DNA of 64,000 bases from Gemmatimonadaceae bacterium (lineage in GTDB: Bacteria; Gemmatimonadota; Gemmatimonadetes; Gemmatimonadales; Gemmatimonadaceae), in NCBI GenBank assembly GCA_045803545.1, contig JBJMOW010000004.1, forward strand, positions 1,088,001 through 1,152,000, written 5' to 3'. Under the pieces are notes generated by a model. The model made no database searches and was not told the DNA's origin. It was given only the letters and a program-made list of their open reading frames with translations. The position numbers were made by a program, and so were the translations under genes. How positions within the stretch are numbered: the first letter of the stretch is position 1; every line of letters starts with the position of its first letter. Below, piece by piece: positions 1 to 9,914 of the stretch.

Positions 1-42
1 ATCCCGAAGCGGTTTGATTTTGTTACGCTTCGACTAATTCCT

Positions 43-486
43 TCAGTTCGTTCGACTTTGCGCCTGGAGCGTAACCCCGCCAACACTCTTGAAGAATCGA
101 ACTTTGTTCGACAGCCCTATCTCATCGCCTGCACCAATGGCTTCCAGCTTTCCAATCATGAAGTCGCCTGGATAAACGAGGCCGTCAAACCGCAAAACGC
201 TCACTTGCCCAGGCGTCGGCACGGTGCTGACTGACGTTATCGTGAGGTGAAGCCCTTTTGAGTCGGTAGTCCCGACGATGGTGGAGTTCGCACAAGGGCC
301 TGCTTCACCACAACCGTCGCCGGTCCCCGAAATGTCGGATCCGTTCGCGGACAGCGTCATCTCGAAGAAACCACCGGGAATGCCACCCTGATCCTGATAC
401 CAGATTCCCTGAATCAACGTGGGATTTAACGGCGACGAGCAACCACTCACTGCCAAGCCTGCCAACACCAACAACGCAGAACGCAT
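43..486 (-). CDS. Hypothetical lipoprotein
   Basis: GGAGG RBS before ATG at 486; signal peptide MRSALLVLAGLAVSG-C with lipobox. Confidence 0.7.
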   Translation of the reverse strand: MRSALLVLAGLAVSGCSSPLNPTLIQGIWYQDQGGIPGGFFEMTLSANGSDISGTGDGCGEAGPCANSTIVGTTDSKGLHLTITSVSTVPTPGQVSVLRFDGLVYPGDFMIGKLEAIGAGDEIGLSNKVRFFKSVGGVTLQAQSRTN

Positions 487-549
487 ACGCGCCTCCATTA
501 GGATGGATGCTCCCATATTACGCTCGGCGCAGCGATGTACAAGAAGCTC

Positions 550-1590
550 CTAAATCACAGCCATTGCGTCGCCATAGGAATAGAACCGATAGCCCTCGGC
601 GATCGCCTCCTGATACGCGTACATCGTGAGCTCGAACCCTGCGAACGCAGCAACGAGCATGATCAGCGTCGATCGTGGCAGGTGAAAGTTGGTGATCAGG
701 CGATCGACGCCGCGAAACTCATAGGGCGGCCGAATGAAGATGCGGGTGTCTGAAGATTTCTCGCGGAACATGCGATCTTCACCAACCGCGCTCTCCAGTG
801 TTCGCACGCTCGTCGTTCCGACTGCCCAGATTTTTCCGCCGTTCGAGCGGGTGTCATTCAAAACCACCGCTGTGCGCGCAGGCAGGATGTAGGATTCCTC
901 GTGCATCACGTGATCGGCAGGGTGCTCGGTGTCGACGGGCTTGAACGTTCCCGCTCCAATGTGAAGGATCACATCCGCGCGGCTCACCCCTTTCGTGGCC
1001 AATCGACCGAGCAGCTCCGGCGTGAAGTGGAGGCCGGCGGTCGGAGCTGCTACTGATCCGCTTTCTTTGGCATAGACCGTTTGGTAGCGCTCAATGTCAG
1101 CGGGTTGATCCGTTCGCGTGATGTAAGGGGGCAAAGGAATGTGGCCGTATTTCTCGATCGCATCATCAATCTCGAGCGGTGTATTCAATCGTACGACGCG
1201 CGTGCGCCGCTCCGTCGTCGCCACGATCTCGGCGTTGAAGTCATCGGCGAACTTCACCACCCGGCCCGGCTTGAGCTTGCCGCCGGGATGAACCATCGCT
1301 TCCCACTCCAATCCGCCAAGTGAACGCAACAACAAGACCTCTGCGGGGGTTCCATTGTCCCGCACGCCGAGCAGCCGCGCGCGAAATACGCGCGTGGTGT
1401 TGAGCACCAGCGAGTCACCAGCGGGAATCAGGTCAGCGAGGCCCGCAAAATCCTTGTGCTCGATTTCGCCAGTCGATCGATTCACGACGAGCAGCCGGCT
1501 CTCGCCGCGTCGCTCGGCAGGAAATTGGGCGACGCGATCGGCGGGAAGATCGAAATCGTAATGAGAGGTGCGAGAGCCGTCGCGGTTCAA
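550..1590 (-). CDS. queA: S-adenosylmethionine:tRNA ribosyltransferase-isomerase
   Basis: YDFDLP...AQFP N-terminus, GHIPLPPYI, YQTVYA, SVAAPTAGLHFT, TNFHLPRS, YRFYSYGDAM; likely TTG start at 1590. Confidence 0.95.
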   Translation of the reverse strand: MNRDGSRTSHYDFDLPADRVAQFPAERRGESRLLVVNRSTGEIEHKDFAGLADLIPAGDSLVLNTTRVFRARLLGVRDNGTPAEVLLLRSLGGLEWEAMVHPGGKLKPGRVVKFADDFNAEIVATTERRTRVVRLNTPLEIDDAIEKYGHIPLPPYITRTDQPADIERYQTVYAKESGSVAAPTAGLHFTPELLGRLATKGVSRADVILHIGAGTFKPVDTEHPADHVMHEESYILPARTAVVLNDTRSNGGKIWAVGTTSVRTLESAVGEDRMFREKSSDTRIFIRPPYEFRGVDRLITNFHLPRSTLIMLVAAFAGFELTMYAYQEAIAEGYRFYSYGDAMAVI

Positions 1591-1615
1591 ACGATTGGAT
1601 GAAGGGGTCCTGAAT

Positions 1616-2308
1616 GTGCAAACCGAACTCCATGTGAAAACTATTCGACGTCGACAGGTCTCAGGAAACGCCGTGTTGGCCATTGCATTCGCGGCTGCCT
1701 GTGCGCTGCCGCGCGAGCGGCGGGAGATCCTGGCCGCTGACGCCGAGACTTTTGACGCGATCGTGCGCTCGCAGGTGAGCGACAGCGTCGGCACGGCATT
1801 TCTCCGCGTTGACTCTCGACCGGCTGGCGACAAGGAGATTCTGTCGTCGACGCCGTCTACCGCGGGAGGACTCGATCCCGATTCAGCAGTTGATTCCGCC
1901 CCTGAGAGCGATGCGCGCGCTATCACCGATCAGCGCAAGGAGATTCTGCGCGACCTGCGTGTTGAGGAAGGAGGTCCGTTCGTCTACCCCGATTGTGGCG
2001 GTTTTCGCACGAGTCGTTTCCGCGACACTGCCGCCGTGCACGCCAATCCGGATTGCCCGAACGCGTTTCATCGCTATGTGACAGTGGGTGTGCCCACCCG
2101 CGGTGCGAGCTCGGCGGTGACTAAGGCCCGCAGGCCCGACGCTCCGTCTTCCGATACCACCGGCGAGCAATGGACTGTCCTCGTGACTGAAACGGCCGTC
2201 GGGCCCGGCGGCCAGCAGTTTCACCAGTATGCGTGGCTTTTCCGCCGAGACGTCCAGACCGGTAAGCTTGGAGTGATCGAGAAGTACCTGCTCTCCTGGG
2301 CTGAGTAG
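1616..2308 (+). CDS. Hypothetical lipoprotein, paralog of 4994..5755
   Basis: Lipobox-like FAAAC; collinear shared motifs with 4994..5755; start uncertain. Confidence 0.7.
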   Translation: MQTELHVKTIRRRQVSGNAVLAIAFAAACALPRERREILAADAETFDAIVRSQVSDSVGTAFLRVDSRPAGDKEILSSTPSTAGGLDPDSAVDSAPESDARAITDQRKEILRDLRVEEGGPFVYPDCGGFRTSRFRDTAAVHANPDCPNAFHRYVTVGVPTRGASSAVTKARRPDAPSSDTTGEQWTVLVTETAVGPGGQQFHQYAWLFRRDVQTGKLGVIEKYLLSWAE

Positions 2309-2350
2309 TGGGTGAGGGAGGCGAAGAGGCGGCACACCTTCGATCCGGTT

Positions 2351-2387
2351 CCCGCCCCTGCCTCCCCGCCTCCCGCCTCCCGCCTTC
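2351..2387. repeat. Short tandem heptamer repeat (CCCGCCT)n
   Basis: cccgcccctgcctccccgcctcccgcctcccgccttc. Confidence 0.7.
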
Positions 2388-2389
2388 AT

Positions 2390-2456
2390 GCAACCTAGGG
2401 GTTGCGCATTAAAAGGAACCATGCTAGGATATATGCAACCAGGAGGTTGCATATAT
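2390..2456 (+). promoter_or_regulatory. Two palindromic operators GCAACC-N4-GGTTGC, probable ArsR-family autorepression sites
   Basis: GCAACCtaggGGTTGC at 2390-2405; ATATATGCAACCaggaGGTTGCATATAT at 2429-2456 overlapping the AGGAGG RBS. Confidence 0.75.
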
Positions 2457-2931
2457 GACGAGCACAATGGTGGAACCCATGACCAGCACTGACCGTATCG
2501 AAAAGAAAGTCGTCCTGCGCGCGCCAATCGGCAAAGTGTGGCACGCAATCGCCGACTCGAAACAGTTTGGCGAGTGGTTTCGCGTCAAACTCGCCGAGCC
2601 TTTCGCCGCCGGCAAGAAAGTGATGGGAAAGCTCACCATCCCCAATTACGAGCACCTCCAGTTCGAGATGGAAGTAGAGCGCATCGAGCCGCAGAACTAC
2701 TTCTCCTATCGCTGGCATCCGTACGCGATCGATCCGAAGACGGATTATTCCAAGGAGCCGACGACCCTCGTAGAGTTCAGTCTTCAGGAAGTCAAAGAGG
2801 GAACCGCGCTCACCATCACCGAGTCCGGATTCGATCGCCTGCCGGCTTCGCGCCGCGCCGAGGCGTTCCGCATGAACGACAACGGCTGGGCAGGGCAGGC
2901 GAAGCAGATTGCCGCCTATGTCGAGAAGTAG
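2455..2931 (+). CDS. SRPBCC/AHSA1 (START-like) family protein
   Basis: IEKKVVLRAPIGKVWHAIAD..F.EWF, FSYRWHP, T.VEFSL, GT.LTITESGF, NDNGW. Confidence 0.9.
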   Translation: MTSTMVEPMTSTDRIEKKVVLRAPIGKVWHAIADSKQFGEWFRVKLAEPFAAGKKVMGKLTIPNYEHLQFEMEVERIEPQNYFSYRWHPYAIDPKTDYSKEPTTLVEFSLQEVKEGTALTITESGFDRLPASRRAEAFRMNDNGWAGQAKQIAAYVEK

Positions 2932-3274
2932 CGCTGCCGCAAAGCTGGTCGAAGCAGCGCCCGTATTCGCCGCGCTCGGCGATCCGACTCGCGTCGGTAT
3001 CGTCGCGCGGCTTTGCGTGGATGGGCCGTCGTCGACGACCCATCTCAGCAAAGGAGCTGGCGTTACCCGTCAGGCTATCACCAAACATCTCAACGCGCTT
3101 GGCGAAGCCGGCCTTGTGAAAGACAAATGGCAGGGCCGGCAGCGAATCTGGGAGCTTGAGACGCACCGCCTGGAGAAAGCGCGGCGCGTCCTCGACCAGG
3201 TGTCGCACGAGTGGGATGCTGCAATCGATCGCCTTCGAGCGTTTGTCGAAGACGATCGTCCTGCTCGCGATTAA
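2918..3274 (+). CDS. ArsR/SmtB family transcriptional regulator
   Basis: VFAALGDPTR, VTRQAITKHLNAL.EAGLV winged HTH. Confidence 0.9.
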   Translation: MSRSSAAAKLVEAAPVFAALGDPTRVGIVARLCVDGPSSTTHLSKGAGVTRQAITKHLNALGEAGLVKDKWQGRQRIWELETHRLEKARRVLDQVSHEWDAAIDRLRAFVEDDRPARD

Positions 3275-4863
3275 TCGCGCAGAGTATCCGGCCTGATGCG
3301 GCGGTCGAGATCCTGTCCGATCTCGACCACCAGCTTCGGCAGCGCGCGCACGTCATCCAGCGTCGTTCGGAAGTTCACGATGCAGGCGCGCAGAACGTAG
3401 CGCTCACCGAGATGAGCGTTGGAGACCAGCGCGCCACCACTGCGACGAAGCGACGTCGCGATACGCGCATTCAGCTCGTTGAGATACGATGTGAGCGGCC
3501 CGGTCTCCGTCGCGCGACTGCGCAGGTCTGCGGGCACGTATCGAAATGTGGTGATACTGAGATTCCACGTTCCCCGCTCGAGCAGTTCCTGATCGCCGAC
3601 GAACTCGTGCAGTCGTCTGGCGAGCTCGATGTCGTCGGCGATCATTCGGCGGTAACCGCTTGCTCCTGCCTGGAGGAAGCCCAGCCAGATCTTGAGCGCG
3701 CGGAAGCCGCGTGAATTCTGTGGGCCGAACTCGAAGTAGTTCTTTACTTCCTGGCCTTCGTTGTCATCGAACTGGTAGTACGTCGGCTTGAATGCGAAAG
3801 CTTCCTGCAGATCCTCGCGGTCGCGCACGAGCGTGCAGCCGGCTTCGAGCGGCGCATAAAGCCATTTGTGCGGATCGATCGCTATGGAGTCGGCCAGCCG
3901 TAATCCTCTGAGGCTCGGCGACGCGTTATCGAGCGCGACCGCGGGTGCGCCGTAAGCTCCGTCGACGTGGAACCACAATCCGTACTCACCACAGATCTTC
4001 GCGATCTCCGGCAGCGGATCAGTCGCGCCCGTGCCGACCGTTCCGGCAGTGCCTACCGCCATGATCGGCAGCATCCCGGCCGCGGCATCCGCAGCCACCT
4101 GACGCCGCAGCGCATCCGGAATCAGTTGATGGTTGTCGTCGGTCGGCACCCAGCGCACCGCGGCAGTGCCGAGACCGCAAATGTCGGCGGCCTTGTTGAT
4201 CCAGGTGTGCATTTCGGTGGAACCATAGACGACCATGCGCCGCGCCTGGGCATCTGTCAAACCCTTGCCGCGGAGGTCCCAGGTTGCCTTCGCGCGTCGG
4301 CCGACGATGAAACCGACGATGTTGGCCATGTTGCCACCGCTAACGATGATGCCGTCCCATTTGCCAGTGAGTCCGAGAAACTTCGAAAGCCAGCGGATGC
4401 ACTCGTTTTCGATCTCAGTCGCAACGGGAGAAAGCGCCCAGGCGCCGCAATTTGGATTGACCGCAGACGCGAGCAGATCGGCGAGCGCGCCGACCGGTGC
4501 TGCCGACGAAGTGATGTAGCCCCAGAAGCGCGGACTGCCGTTGTGCGTCGATTCCTCGAAGAAGAGCTTGGCGAATTTCGACAGGACAGGTCCGATCTGG
4601 GTGCCGTTCTCGGGCAGATCGCGCTTGCCGAGTTTCTCTCGCAGCGCGTTGGGCAGAAGGGGCGAGGCGGTGGGAAGATTCGGCAGCTTCTCGTAAAAAT
4701 CTGCGATGTCGTCAATCAACCGATGACCGAGCGCGCGAAACTTCGCGGGCGACATGTTGGACGGCGCAGTTCGCTTTGTTAGCGAACCGGACTTATCGCT
4801 GGATTTGCCTCGAGTGGTCCTTGTTCCGGCTGATTTGCGGGGGCGAGCTTTCGTCTTTGGCAC
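3271..4863 (-). CDS. PLP-dependent group II decarboxylase (aromatic L-amino acid decarboxylase-like)
   Basis: SGGNMAN, GTAGTVGTGATDPL, WFHVDGAYG, DPHKWL (PLP lysine), SRGFRALKIW; start may be 4755. Confidence 0.9.
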   Translation of the reverse strand: MPKTKARPRKSAGTRTTRGKSSDKSGSLTKRTAPSNMSPAKFRALGHRLIDDIADFYEKLPNLPTASPLLPNALREKLGKRDLPENGTQIGPVLSKFAKLFFEESTHNGSPRFWGYITSSAAPVGALADLLASAVNPNCGAWALSPVATEIENECIRWLSKFLGLTGKWDGIIVSGGNMANIVGFIVGRRAKATWDLRGKGLTDAQARRMVVYGSTEMHTWINKAADICGLGTAAVRWVPTDDNHQLIPDALRRQVAADAAAGMLPIMAVGTAGTVGTGATDPLPEIAKICGEYGLWFHVDGAYGAPAVALDNASPSLRGLRLADSIAIDPHKWLYAPLEAGCTLVRDREDLQEAFAFKPTYYQFDDNEGQEVKNYFEFGPQNSRGFRALKIWLGFLQAGASGYRRMIADDIELARRLHEFVGDQELLERGTWNLSITTFRYVPADLRSRATETGPLTSYLNELNARIATSLRRSGGALVSNAHLGERYVLRACIVNFRTTLDDVRALPKLVVEIGQDLDRRIRPDTLRD

Positions 4864-4993
4864 TTTGGTGCGGGCAATGGAAGTGTGAAAATATCACGCC
4901 TCCGGCACAATCTCGAATCCCGATTCTTGCGCTCAAATTGTGTTTGTAGCGCAGTCGCCCGGCGCGGCCCTTTTTGTGCAAATTGCTGCGACA

Positions 4994-5755
4994 ATGATTC
5001 CCAGCCGCCGCGCGCTCTTTACCATTGTCTGCAGCGCCTTCGGGTCTGCCGCCTGCAAATCCGCTCCAGCCGCGGTCGAGACCCGCCCTATAGTCTCGCT
5101 TCCGAAGCGGCCAGCGACCCGCGAAGAGGAGATGACTCTGATCAGCGCCGACTCCGAGGTGTTTGCCGCCGTGGTTCGCGCTCAATTGCGCGCGGGCAGC
5201 GACGGTTATCCACTGCACATCGACGAGCTACGGTACGATCCGCGTCCCTACGGCTCGCGCGACGGATATCCGGAGCTGGGTGCGGGAGTGCAGGGTTCCG
5301 CGCCCGAGCTCTCGTTCCCCCGCGCGAGTGAGGAAGCGGTCCGTGAAATCGCGGAAAATCGGCGCCGCATTCTCGACGCGCACAACATCCCTGAAGGGAC
5401 GCCGTTCTTTTATCCGCAATGCGCCGGCATCAGCGTGCCGCGTCCGCCACCGCCGCGCCGGTCGGCTTCGCGCGGAGGCACCACCAACGTGCACGCAGGA
5501 TGTCCCAAGCAACCCGAGAGCTACGTGACGGTCGGACTCCCCCTGCGCGGTCAGCCGGAAGGACTCAGAAAAGTTCGCGATACTCGCGGCGACTACGTCG
5601 ATGTCGGGGACGATGCGTGGACGACGCTCGTCGAGGAGGTGGTCGCTGGCCCGACTGGCTGGAGTCGACGTCAATACGCGTGGGTGTTCAGGCGAAGCCG
5701 ATGGACAGGAAGGCTCGATCTCGCAGCCACGATTATGACCGGAGTCGTTGAGTGA
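4994..5755 (+). CDS. Hypothetical lipoprotein, paralog of 1616..2308
   Basis: Signal with SAAC lipobox-like site; motifs shared with 1616..2308. Confidence 0.7.
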   Translation: MIPSRRALFTIVCSAFGSAACKSAPAAVETRPIVSLPKRPATREEEMTLISADSEVFAAVVRAQLRAGSDGYPLHIDELRYDPRPYGSRDGYPELGAGVQGSAPELSFPRASEEAVREIAENRRRILDAHNIPEGTPFFYPQCAGISVPRPPPPRRSASRGGTTNVHAGCPKQPESYVTVGLPLRGQPEGLRKVRDTRGDYVDVGDDAWTTLVEEVVAGPTGWSRRQYAWVFRRSRWTGRLDLAATIMTGVVE

Positions 5756-5777
5756 CGACCTAGCCGGCTTTCGACGT

Positions 5778-6002
5778 TTAGACGTCGGCGTAGTCGCCGC
5801 GCATAATGCTATCGATCTCGGTTTTTCCCCAATTCTCCTCTTCAGAGGCGAAGAACCGATCGCTGCCGGCGTTGATGCGTTCGCGCATGATGGGTGCTCC
5901 AGTCCTCCGATCGAGCCAGCCGATCAACATTCGCGTATAGCTAAACACTACGCCGACCGTTACGACGCTCATCAGGCGCACTATCGCGTGCGAAAACGAC
6001 AT
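5778..6002 (-). CDS. Small hypothetical membrane protein
   Basis: 74-aa ORF starting 4 nt after the TonB gene stop; N-terminal hydrophobic stretch. Confidence 0.45.
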   Translation of the reverse strand: MSFSHAIVRLMSVVTVGVVFSYTRMLIGWLDRRTGAPIMRERINAGSDRFFASEEENWGKTEIDSIMRGDYADV

Positions 6003-6006
6003 CGCT

Positions 6007-6834
6007 TTAAGATCCGGGTGGTCGGCGTGTTGGTCGTCGCGTTGGGACCTCGAAAGGCTTCACCGGCAACACCGCGTTCAATTTGAAATCGATCGGGTAC
6101 TGCACCAGCTGCTCGATCTTGTGGCCCTCGATCGTGGCCGGAGTGAACTCCATCATCTTCACTGCGTCGATTGCCGCCAGCGCGAAATCCTTGTACGTCG
6201 CCTGCACGCAAAGGATCGTCTCTGGTCTTGCCTTGCCCGTCGTGTCGACGATGAACTGCACCAGCGCAGATCCGCTTCGATTTGCGAGCTTTGGCCCGCG
6301 CGGATAGACGTAGTTGATGTGCTTTGCCAGCTCGATTGGCTTTTGCTGGATGGGCCCCTGTTTGAGCAGCTCAGCGTCAGTCAACAGCGTTGCCGCCGCC
6401 ACACCCCGCAACAGCAGCTCGAGAAACTCTTCCATTCCGTCCTTGTCGGTGACCACCTGGCGTGACACGCCGTTGGTGTCGGCGACAGTTAGTAAAAATC
6501 CGATCGTCATGCTGTCCGATGCGAAAGGCTGCACCAGCACAGTGTTGCCGAGTACGTACTGCGGCCGTGCAGGTTTATCGAGATCGTTGAACAGCTGTTG
6601 GTGAAACGTCCGCACCGAATCCGGTGGCAACTGATCGCCCATCAGTTTGGACGTATCGAGCTGCGCGTAGACGCGGATGGTATGCCGAGACGATACGTCG
6701 ACGCGGGTGAAGAAACGCCCCATCTTGAGAGAGCGCACTTCGCGCCAGTTGGTCTGCGCCATCGTCGATGACGCTGGAGAGAGCACGACCGCGGCGGTGA
6801 AAACGTACAGAACGATGTTGACGTGATGTCTCAT
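6007..6834 (-). CDS. Exported protein with C-terminal TonB_C domain
   Basis: YPRGPKLANRSGSALVQFIVDTTGK...FALAAIDAVKMMEFTPATIEGHKIEQLVQYPIDF; signal peptide; GAGGAG RBS. Confidence 0.85.
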   Translation of the reverse strand: MRHHVNIVLYVFTAAVVLSPASSTMAQTNWREVRSLKMGRFFTRVDVSSRHTIRVYAQLDTSKLMGDQLPPDSVRTFHQQLFNDLDKPARPQYVLGNTVLVQPFASDSMTIGFLLTVADTNGVSRQVVTDKDGMEEFLELLLRGVAAATLLTDAELLKQGPIQQKPIELAKHINYVYPRGPKLANRSGSALVQFIVDTTGKARPETILCVQATYKDFALAAIDAVKMMEFTPATIEGHKIEQLVQYPIDFKLNAVLPVKPFEVPTRRPTRRPPGS

Positions 6835-6932
6835 CGATTCTCCTCTGCCGCGTCCAGCGCGGCCCCTGCTCGTCGTGACTACAATTTAGGATGCTGCAAC
6901 GATCCTGCCTACGCCAGTGACTCCGGAGTGCC

Positions 6933-7607
6933 GTGACCGCTGACGCCGCTAAAGATCATATCATTGTCGAGGCTGCTGTCGAAACGATCGACGGTGCGCT
7001 GGCAGCGGAGCGCGCTGGCGCCGACCGGCTGGAGCTGTGTGCCGATCTCGCGAACGGCGGAACAACGCCGAGTCTGGAGCTGATCGACGCTGTCCGTAGG
7101 GCGACGGCACTTCCAGTCCAGGTGATGGTGCGTCCTCGCCCCGGCAGCTTCGTCTACACCGACTCGGACATCGCGCGGATGACGAGGGACATCGAGCTCA
7201 TTGGCGCGCGCAAGCTGTCGGGAATTGTGACGGGCGCCATCAACGCCGATCGTCAGCTGGACGTCCCGAGTGTGAAGCGACTCATAGCGGCAGCGAACAC
7301 GATACCAATAACATTCCATCGCGCGTTCGACCGTCTTGCCAGTCCGGTCGACGTGCTGGACGAGCTTGTTGAATTGGGTGTGAGCCGACTGCTCACATCA
7401 GGCGGCGCATTGTCAGCCAGCGAGGGCGTTGACGGGTTAGCCGCGCTGGTCGAACGCGCTCGTAGACGCATCGTAATCCTCGCCGGCGGCGGCGTACGCG
7501 CCCACAACGTGCGTGAAATCATTGCGCGAACGGGCGTTCGCGAAGTACATGCTCGGTTTGTCGATTACGCGCAGATGAAAGATCTGGTCGCGGCGGCCCG
7601 GGATTAG
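6933..7607 (+). CDS. cutC: Copper homeostasis protein CutC
   Basis: GADRLELC, GGTTPS, VMVRPRPGSFVY, TFHRAFD, LTSGG. Confidence 0.93.
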   Translation: MTADAAKDHIIVEAAVETIDGALAAERAGADRLELCADLANGGTTPSLELIDAVRRATALPVQVMVRPRPGSFVYTDSDIARMTRDIELIGARKLSGIVTGAINADRQLDVPSVKRLIAAANTIPITFHRAFDRLASPVDVLDELVELGVSRLLTSGGALSASEGVDGLAALVERARRRIVILAGGGVRAHNVREIIARTGVREVHARFVDYAQMKDLVAAARD

Positions 7608-7626
7608 CTCATAGCCACCTTACACC

Positions 7627-8472
7627 ATGAATCTCAAATCCTCTATAGCATCGCTGCAGCTGGCAGCAGCCATCACATTCGCCGCGGCGCCATCACTCGC
7701 GGCACAGTCGCCGCCCGCGCAATCTCCCGATACTACGAAAGGCGCGCCGCTCTTCACCGGGCGCGATGCAATCAGAGCTGTTGGATTCGCCGGTCTCACG
7801 GTCGCAATGTTTCCGCTTGACCGCTCGATTGCACGCCGGCTCACCAACGAGAGATCGAAGGCGAACAGGTTCCTCAACGGCGCATCGAAGGGCGTTGAAT
7901 ACATCGCCGATCCCGGGTCCATCGTAATTGGATCGTCGCTTTATCTGATCGGCCGATTTACCAATCATCCTGGCGTCGAAGATCTGGGTTGGCACGGCAC
8001 CGAAGCAGTCCTGCTCGGCGCGGGGACGGCGTGGGTTCTTAAAGGATTGGCTGGTCGCGCAAGGCCGTATGTCACGGGTGACACTACCGCGCACGATTTC
8101 AAGTTCGGCGGCGGTTTCACCAACGGGAACCGTCAGTCATTCCCGTCGGGTCATACGACCGCCGCCTTCGCCGCAGCTTCGGCCGTTGTCAGCGAAGCCG
8201 AGCGTGGATGGCCGGGCCATTTCTGGCTGGTGGCACCGGCGATGTACGGCGGTGCGACGCTGGTCGGAATATCACGCATGTACCATGACAAGCATTGGGC
8301 GAGCGATGTCGCGGTCGGCGCGGCGATCGGCACCTTTAGTGGGCTCAAAGTTGTTCGCTACGCACACGAACACCCACAGAACTTTCTAGACCGCGCGATT
8401 CTGCGGGTTGATGCGGGCCCGACCGGTTCAGGTCGCGACGTGTTGCTGACAGTCGCCATTCCTGTGAACTGA
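7627..8472 (+). CDS. PAP2 family phosphatase
   Basis: K...GRARP, SFPSGHT, SRMYHDKHWASDV. Confidence 0.9.
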   Translation: MNLKSSIASLQLAAAITFAAAPSLAAQSPPAQSPDTTKGAPLFTGRDAIRAVGFAGLTVAMFPLDRSIARRLTNERSKANRFLNGASKGVEYIADPGSIVIGSSLYLIGRFTNHPGVEDLGWHGTEAVLLGAGTAWVLKGLAGRARPYVTGDTTAHDFKFGGGFTNGNRQSFPSGHTTAAFAAASAVVSEAERGWPGHFWLVAPAMYGGATLVGISRMYHDKHWASDVAVGAAIGTFSGLKVVRYAHEHPQNFLDRAILRVDAGPTGSGRDVLLTVAIPVN

Positions 8473-8582
8473 TCACGAGACCACATCTCTTCTACGTCAT
8501 TTGACCGATAGATCGACTAGCTGATTCGTGCGACTGTTGGCGGAGTAATGATCCCCGTTCGCCAACCCAAACTCGACGGCTT

Positions 8583-9059
8583 ATGACGAAATCTCTCCAC
8601 CACACGCTTCTCGCTTTCGGAGCGATCTGTCTCGGCTCGTGTGTCGCAACTGCGGGCGCTCAGGATCCAAACGACTTCCATACTACAACCAGCGGTTCAA
8701 TGGGTGGCATCCACTACGGCGTGCCTCTCAAATGGTCCCTGGCCCTCGGCTATGTACTGCCAGGCGAATACAAGGATTGGCAGCCATTCGTCGGCGCTGA
8801 GCCCGGGCTTGGCGGATGGCGCGCAGGACTTGGGGCGCTGAAGATGACCAACGAGCTGGGTGGCGCATACGTCATGCGCTTCGGCGCGCTTCGGACCACC
8901 AGGAAAGCGTGGCGCGCGCCATCATCGGCAACTTTTGTTGGCCCTGAGTTTCAGTTCATGCCAATCTTTGCGATTGGCGCTCGCGTAGGTGGATTCTTTC
9001 GCGTCGGGGGCAAAGGTAGCCGCGCGTTGTTGACTAGCGACCTGAACGTGATGTTCTAA
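8583..9059 (+). CDS. Hypothetical exported protein (possible small beta-barrel)
   Basis: Signal peptide, amphipathic strands, C-terminal Phe. Confidence 0.6.
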   Translation: MTKSLHHTLLAFGAICLGSCVATAGAQDPNDFHTTTSGSMGGIHYGVPLKWSLALGYVLPGEYKDWQPFVGAEPGLGGWRAGLGALKMTNELGGAYVMRFGALRTTRKAWRAPSSATFVGPEFQFMPIFAIGARVGGFFRVGGKGSRALLTSDLNVMF

Positions 9060-9173
9060 GGCTCGCTGAAGGCGCGCGTCATCGTCCCGTATTCAAAATG
9101 TAAACGACTCCTTTCGCGCTTCGCGACGTAGTGCCCCCTGAACTGGCTGGCACCTCTAGCTCGGAGGCGGATC

Positions 9174-9902
9174 GTGTCGGACGAAGTTGTCGAAGAGAAT
9201 ACATCAGAGCTGCGAAAGCCTCTTACGAGCGCGTTGTTCCTCGTGCTCGTACTCGCGCTCATCTCCTTCTGGTCGTTCCGCGGAGCAGTCGGCGCTGATG
9301 CGATCGCGCGGATTGCTCGTATTGGACGCCCGCTTCTCTACCTGCGTACGATCGTCTTCGAGTGGGTAATGCTCGGTGTGGTGCTCATCGGCTTAAGGCT
9401 TCAAGGGTCGTCCTTTCAAGCTGTCCTCGGCAGACGATGGCGTTCAGGAAAAGAAATCATTCGCGACATCGGCATTGCCGCGGCGTTCTGGATCGTTTCG
9501 ACGATAGTCCTGTCGATGATTACACTGCACCCCCATGACGCGCCGCCGAACCCGCTGGTGCAGGTGATGTTGCCTCAGGGGTTTTTCGAGTCGGTCATCT
9601 GGATCGCGCTCTCGATCACCGCCGGGATTTGTGAAGAGGCTGTCTACCGCGGCTACCTTCAGCGTCAGCTGATGGCGATGACGAAAAGCGTCACGCTCGG
9701 GATTGCGTTGTCTGCCATCGCGTTTGCCGTCGCGCACTCATATAAAGGCTTGTCAGGAGCCTTTGGGATTTTTGTAGACGGCGTGATGCTGGGAAGCCTG
9801 GCTTACTGGCGAAGGAGCGTTCGCCCCGGGATGATCGCGCACGCATTCACCGATTCCTTCGCGGGTGTCATTGCCCGGCTGCTCAAGATCGGGATCACTT
9901 GA
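9174..9902 (+). CDS. CPBP (Abi/CAAX-like) intramembrane metalloprotease
   Basis: AGICEEAVYRGYL, FAVAHSY, PGMIAH; multiple TM segments; GGAGG RBS. Confidence 0.88.
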   Translation: MSDEVVEENTSELRKPLTSALFLVLVLALISFWSFRGAVGADAIARIARIGRPLLYLRTIVFEWVMLGVVLIGLRLQGSSFQAVLGRRWRSGKEIIRDIGIAAAFWIVSTIVLSMITLHPHDAPPNPLVQVMLPQGFFESVIWIALSITAGICEEAVYRGYLQRQLMAMTKSVTLGIALSAIAFAVAHSYKGLSGAFGIFVDGVMLGSLAYWRRSVRPGMIAHAFTDSFAGVIARLLKIGIT

Positions 9903-9914
9903 GCGCCAGCGTTG

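Noticed and set aside
1591..1926. 112-aa N-terminal extension of QueA from the ORF track
   Set aside because: Overlaps the divergent lipoprotein gene; homology begins near 1590.
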